Source: Candidatus Acetothermia bacterium
Lineage (GTDB): Bacteria; Bipolaricaulota; Bipolaricaulia; M55B111
Length of the DNA: 47,076 bases
Direction: 5' to 3'
NCBI GenBank assembly: GCA_046543285.1
Contig: JBKGZS010000003.1
Span: 1-47,076 of the forward strand
Made by a program: the position numbers and the translations under genes. The notes under the pieces were generated by a model. The model had not been told where the DNA came from. It saw only the letters and a list, made by a program, of their open reading frames with translations, and did no database searches. Shown here one piece after another: positions 44,777-47,076 of the stretch. The stretch's first letter is position 1, and every line of letters starts with the position of its first letter.

Positions 44777-45095
44777 GTTAAAAGTGCCTCCTGGTTTCTT
44801 CTTAACTGTATTGGCCTAAAGCGGAACCCTTGATTCTTATAAGGTTCTGCCAAAGTGTAAATATAAGTACACAAGGTTCAAATCTTGCTTCTTATCAAGT
44901 GTTTTGCAGTGCCCATTCCCAGAAGTGAATTCAGTGGATTACAAAGACTGGTGATTCAGGTGACGCTTGGATAATCGGGGTTTAGTTTCCTACACTAATC
45001 CTGTAAAATCTCCGAACGATTGCAAGTTCTACTCCTTACCTGGTTTTCCTAGGTGAGGGAAGAGGTAACTGCTTCCGCGCTTGGAGGTGTGTGAC

Positions 45096-45587
45096 GTGGA
45101 TTTATTCGAATCCATTTTTGATCGCAGGTCCGTTCGCAAGTTTACGGAGGAGCCGGTAACGGATCAGCAGCTAGAGAAAATACTCGATGCCGGGCGTTGG
45201 GCCCCCTCTGGGAAAAATACTCAACCCTGGAGTTTCGTAGTGGTTCGAGATCCAGAAGTTCAGAAAAAACTGGAAAATCATTCAGGTCAGGGCATCATCG
45301 AGAGCGCACCTATAACAATTGGCCTTCTCAAAGACACTTCTCGAGGATATGACGAGTTGAAAGATGCTCAGGGAATCGGTGCCTGTGCCCAAAACATTCT
45401 TCTGGCCGTTCACGGTCTGGGCCTCGGTGCGTGCTGGCTGGGATTGACCAGGGATTCTTTCGTGGAGGAACTTTTGGGAGCCGAAGAAGACGAGGAGTTG
45501 ATGATGCTTATCTCCGTGGGTCGTCCTGCGGCTGAAGAGAGATCTTCGGATAGAAAACCACTAGAGGCGCTGACTCGCTATATCTAA
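45096..45587 (+). CDS. Nitroreductase family flavoprotein
   Basis: RRSVRKF, APSGKNTQPWSFVVV, QNILLA..LGLGACW; GTG start after GGAGG. Confidence 0.9.
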   Translation: MDLFESIFDRRSVRKFTEEPVTDQQLEKILDAGRWAPSGKNTQPWSFVVVRDPEVQKKLENHSGQGIIESAPITIGLLKDTSRGYDELKDAQGIGACAQNILLAVHGLGLGACWLGLTRDSFVEELLGAEEDEELMMLISVGRPAAEERSSDRKPLEALTRYI

Positions 45588-45647
45588 ACGGGTGGATGAG
45601 CCGTAACTGTCTAAACACTTAGAATGAAGATCTTTTGTTAGCCGGGG

Positions 45648-46670
45648 TTAGGAAGAGGGTTCAATTCTCATTTTCGGGATCAGGGGATCGTCAGCCGATA
45701 CCGGCCTGACATCGAGCTCTTCTCCCTCTCCGTTTTTTCGAATTTGAACCGTTACCCAATCTTCCGGATCGGCGCCGCTGTAGCGGGCGGTAAGTCGAGC
45801 TGCAATTTGTTTATCGCCGGGTTTTGGCTGGCCGGGTAATATTGTGGTTGGGCCCGGACGGTCGGCAGCTTCCAGTCTTAATTTCCCCTCCGCGTATTCG
45901 TGAAGTACCTCGTTTTCTTCTTCGTTTCGCCCGATGATGGCCTTCGAACCCTGAGGTAGGCGAAAGTGACGACCGTGTTGGAGCAGGATTAGGTCCTGTT
46001 CCTGCAGCTGGTCCGGGTCTTCCTGTTGAATGAATTCCTCAAGTCGATGGCCGAAATTGGGATCGGCCAGGAGGCATCCCCCGGCGGGCTGCTGATACTC
46101 CGTGATTCCGTATTCTTCTGCCAGGCTTAGTTGAACTTTTCGTGATCTTCCCTGAATCCCGTAAAGTTGGTCTCTGTCGATCCAGCCCTTTTGTTCTGCT
46201 ACAGTAGGGGGGAGCAATTTCGCCGACAGGGGCCTGACCAGGTAGCCCTCCAAACCGCTTTCCCCATCGACAAGCGATAAGAGGTTTTTGTTTCGCTGGG
46301 TCATGGGTCTTTGTCCCAGTACCTCCCCGGAAATTACAAAATCAGCACCCGTTTGTTCCAGATAGGCTTTGGCCCGTTTGAGCATGTAGATTCGGCAATC
46401 CAGGCAGGGATTCATCGCGGATCCGTAGCCGTGTTCCGGATCCCGAATCAACTCGAAGTATTCCTGGTCAGCGGGCTCAATTTCTATATCGATTTCTAGT
46501 TCTTCTGCTGCTCTGTGTAGCTGCTCCTGGTGGCCGGAGGAGGTGTGAAGACCTGTGTCTAGGTGAAAGCCCCTGAGCTCCAACCCTTGATCTTTAGCAA
46601 CGGCAGTTGCCAGAGTGCTATCCAGGCCACCAGAAAAAAGGACTACTGCACTGATTTCTGGGTTAACCAC
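45648..46670 (-). CDS. PP-loop tRNA sulfurtransferase (ThiI/MnmA-related, no THUMP domain)
   Basis: FSGGLDS, NPCLDC, SGEVLGQRPMTQ, GRSRKVQ, PAGGCLL, GRHFR..IGRN. Confidence 0.8.
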   Translation of the reverse strand: MVNPEISAVVLFSGGLDSTLATAVAKDQGLELRGFHLDTGLHTSSGHQEQLHRAAEELEIDIEIEPADQEYFELIRDPEHGYGSAMNPCLDCRIYMLKRAKAYLEQTGADFVISGEVLGQRPMTQRNKNLLSLVDGESGLEGYLVRPLSAKLLPPTVAEQKGWIDRDQLYGIQGRSRKVQLSLAEEYGITEYQQPAGGCLLADPNFGHRLEEFIQQEDPDQLQEQDLILLQHGRHFRLPQGSKAIIGRNEEENEVLHEYAEGKLRLEAADRPGPTTILPGQPKPGDKQIAARLTARYSGADPEDWVTVQIRKNGEGEELDVRPVSADDPLIPKMRIEPSS

Positions 46671-46735
46671 TTATCTTTTCACCTACCTTGTCTCTACAGC
46701 TCGGAATTCTTCGTCAGTAATTCGGGTTGCGAAAC

Positions 46736-47063
46736 GGAGAAGAGGTTAAGCCGGATTCTGTGCCAAGAAGCCATCAATCTAAGCGGCCTACCCGGAGGTT
46801 AGCGGAGCGAGCAGCTCCAAACCCTCCTTATTTGGCCTTGCTCCAGCCGGGGTTTGCCCTGCCTTCGCGCCTCGCGGCGGAAGCGGTGAGCTTTTACCTC
46901 GCCGTTGCACCCTTACCTCAATTGGGAAATTGAGGTGGTCTAGTTTCTGTGGCACTTTCCAGGGATTGCTCCCTCTAGCCTTCGACGGCATCTCGGCTAG
47001 CGGCTCGCTCTACGGAGTCCGGACTTTCCTCGGCCCTGAGGCCGCGGCTTCATCCTCCTCTCC
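46736..47063 (-). ncRNA. rnpB: RNase P RNA, bacterial type A, lacking P18
   Basis: Minus strand GAGGAAAGTCCGGAC..GAAAGTGCCACAGAAA..GGGTGCAAC..GGAGCAAGGCCAAATA..GGGTAGGCCGC..ACAGAATCCGGCTTA; P1 formed by GGAGAGGAGG / CCTCTTCTCC. Confidence 0.95.
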
Positions 47064-47076
47064 AAGAAATTCTAAA

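Noticed and set aside
46727-46991. Short ORFs on both strands at the window end
   Set aside because: They overlap the RNase P RNA gene.
1-47076. CRISPR arrays, IS elements, prophage, defence systems, tRNA/rRNA
   Set aside because: No spaced direct repeats, transposase/integrase motifs, phage genes or tRNA/rRNA signatures were seen; the window looks like core chromosome.

Overview
A gene-dense 47 kb core-chromosome window from a diderm bacterium. Acidic proteins, archaeal-type metabolic genes and Thermotogota-like envelope genes suggest a halophilic anaerobe such as Ca. Bipolaricaulota/Acetothermia; this is inference only. In order it holds: an ABC exporter; a 1167-aa LptF/G-beta-jellyroll-LptD fusion; a split purine cluster (purD-purL-purQ-purM, convergent purN-like, then purC-purE-purP-purP-guaA); an Hfq/LSm-like ORF; MBL-rhodanese; a ferritin-like protein; csp; glnA with a divergent lrp; crp, a PAS histidine kinase and a receiver protein; porGDAB; a TagO-like/TagA fusion; recJ, secF, rpsT; an alternative sigma factor; mnmE-jag-yidC; ribE-ribBA-ribH-hisS; dUTPase; nitroreductase; a PP-loop tRNA thiolase; and RNase P RNA. 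I saw no mobile elements, CRISPR arrays, rRNA or tRNA genes. The best candidate for a new system is the one-gene trans-envelope lipid bridge (LptF/G to LptD) with an internal signal peptide between the inner- and outer-membrane halves. Other notable signals: tandem archaeal PurP paralogs with a class II PurE; a RibBA with both active sites eroded; an AUU-initiated rpsT; an RNase P RNA lacking P18; and several unannotated structured intergenic RNAs. All calls come from motif recognition by eye, without database searches.
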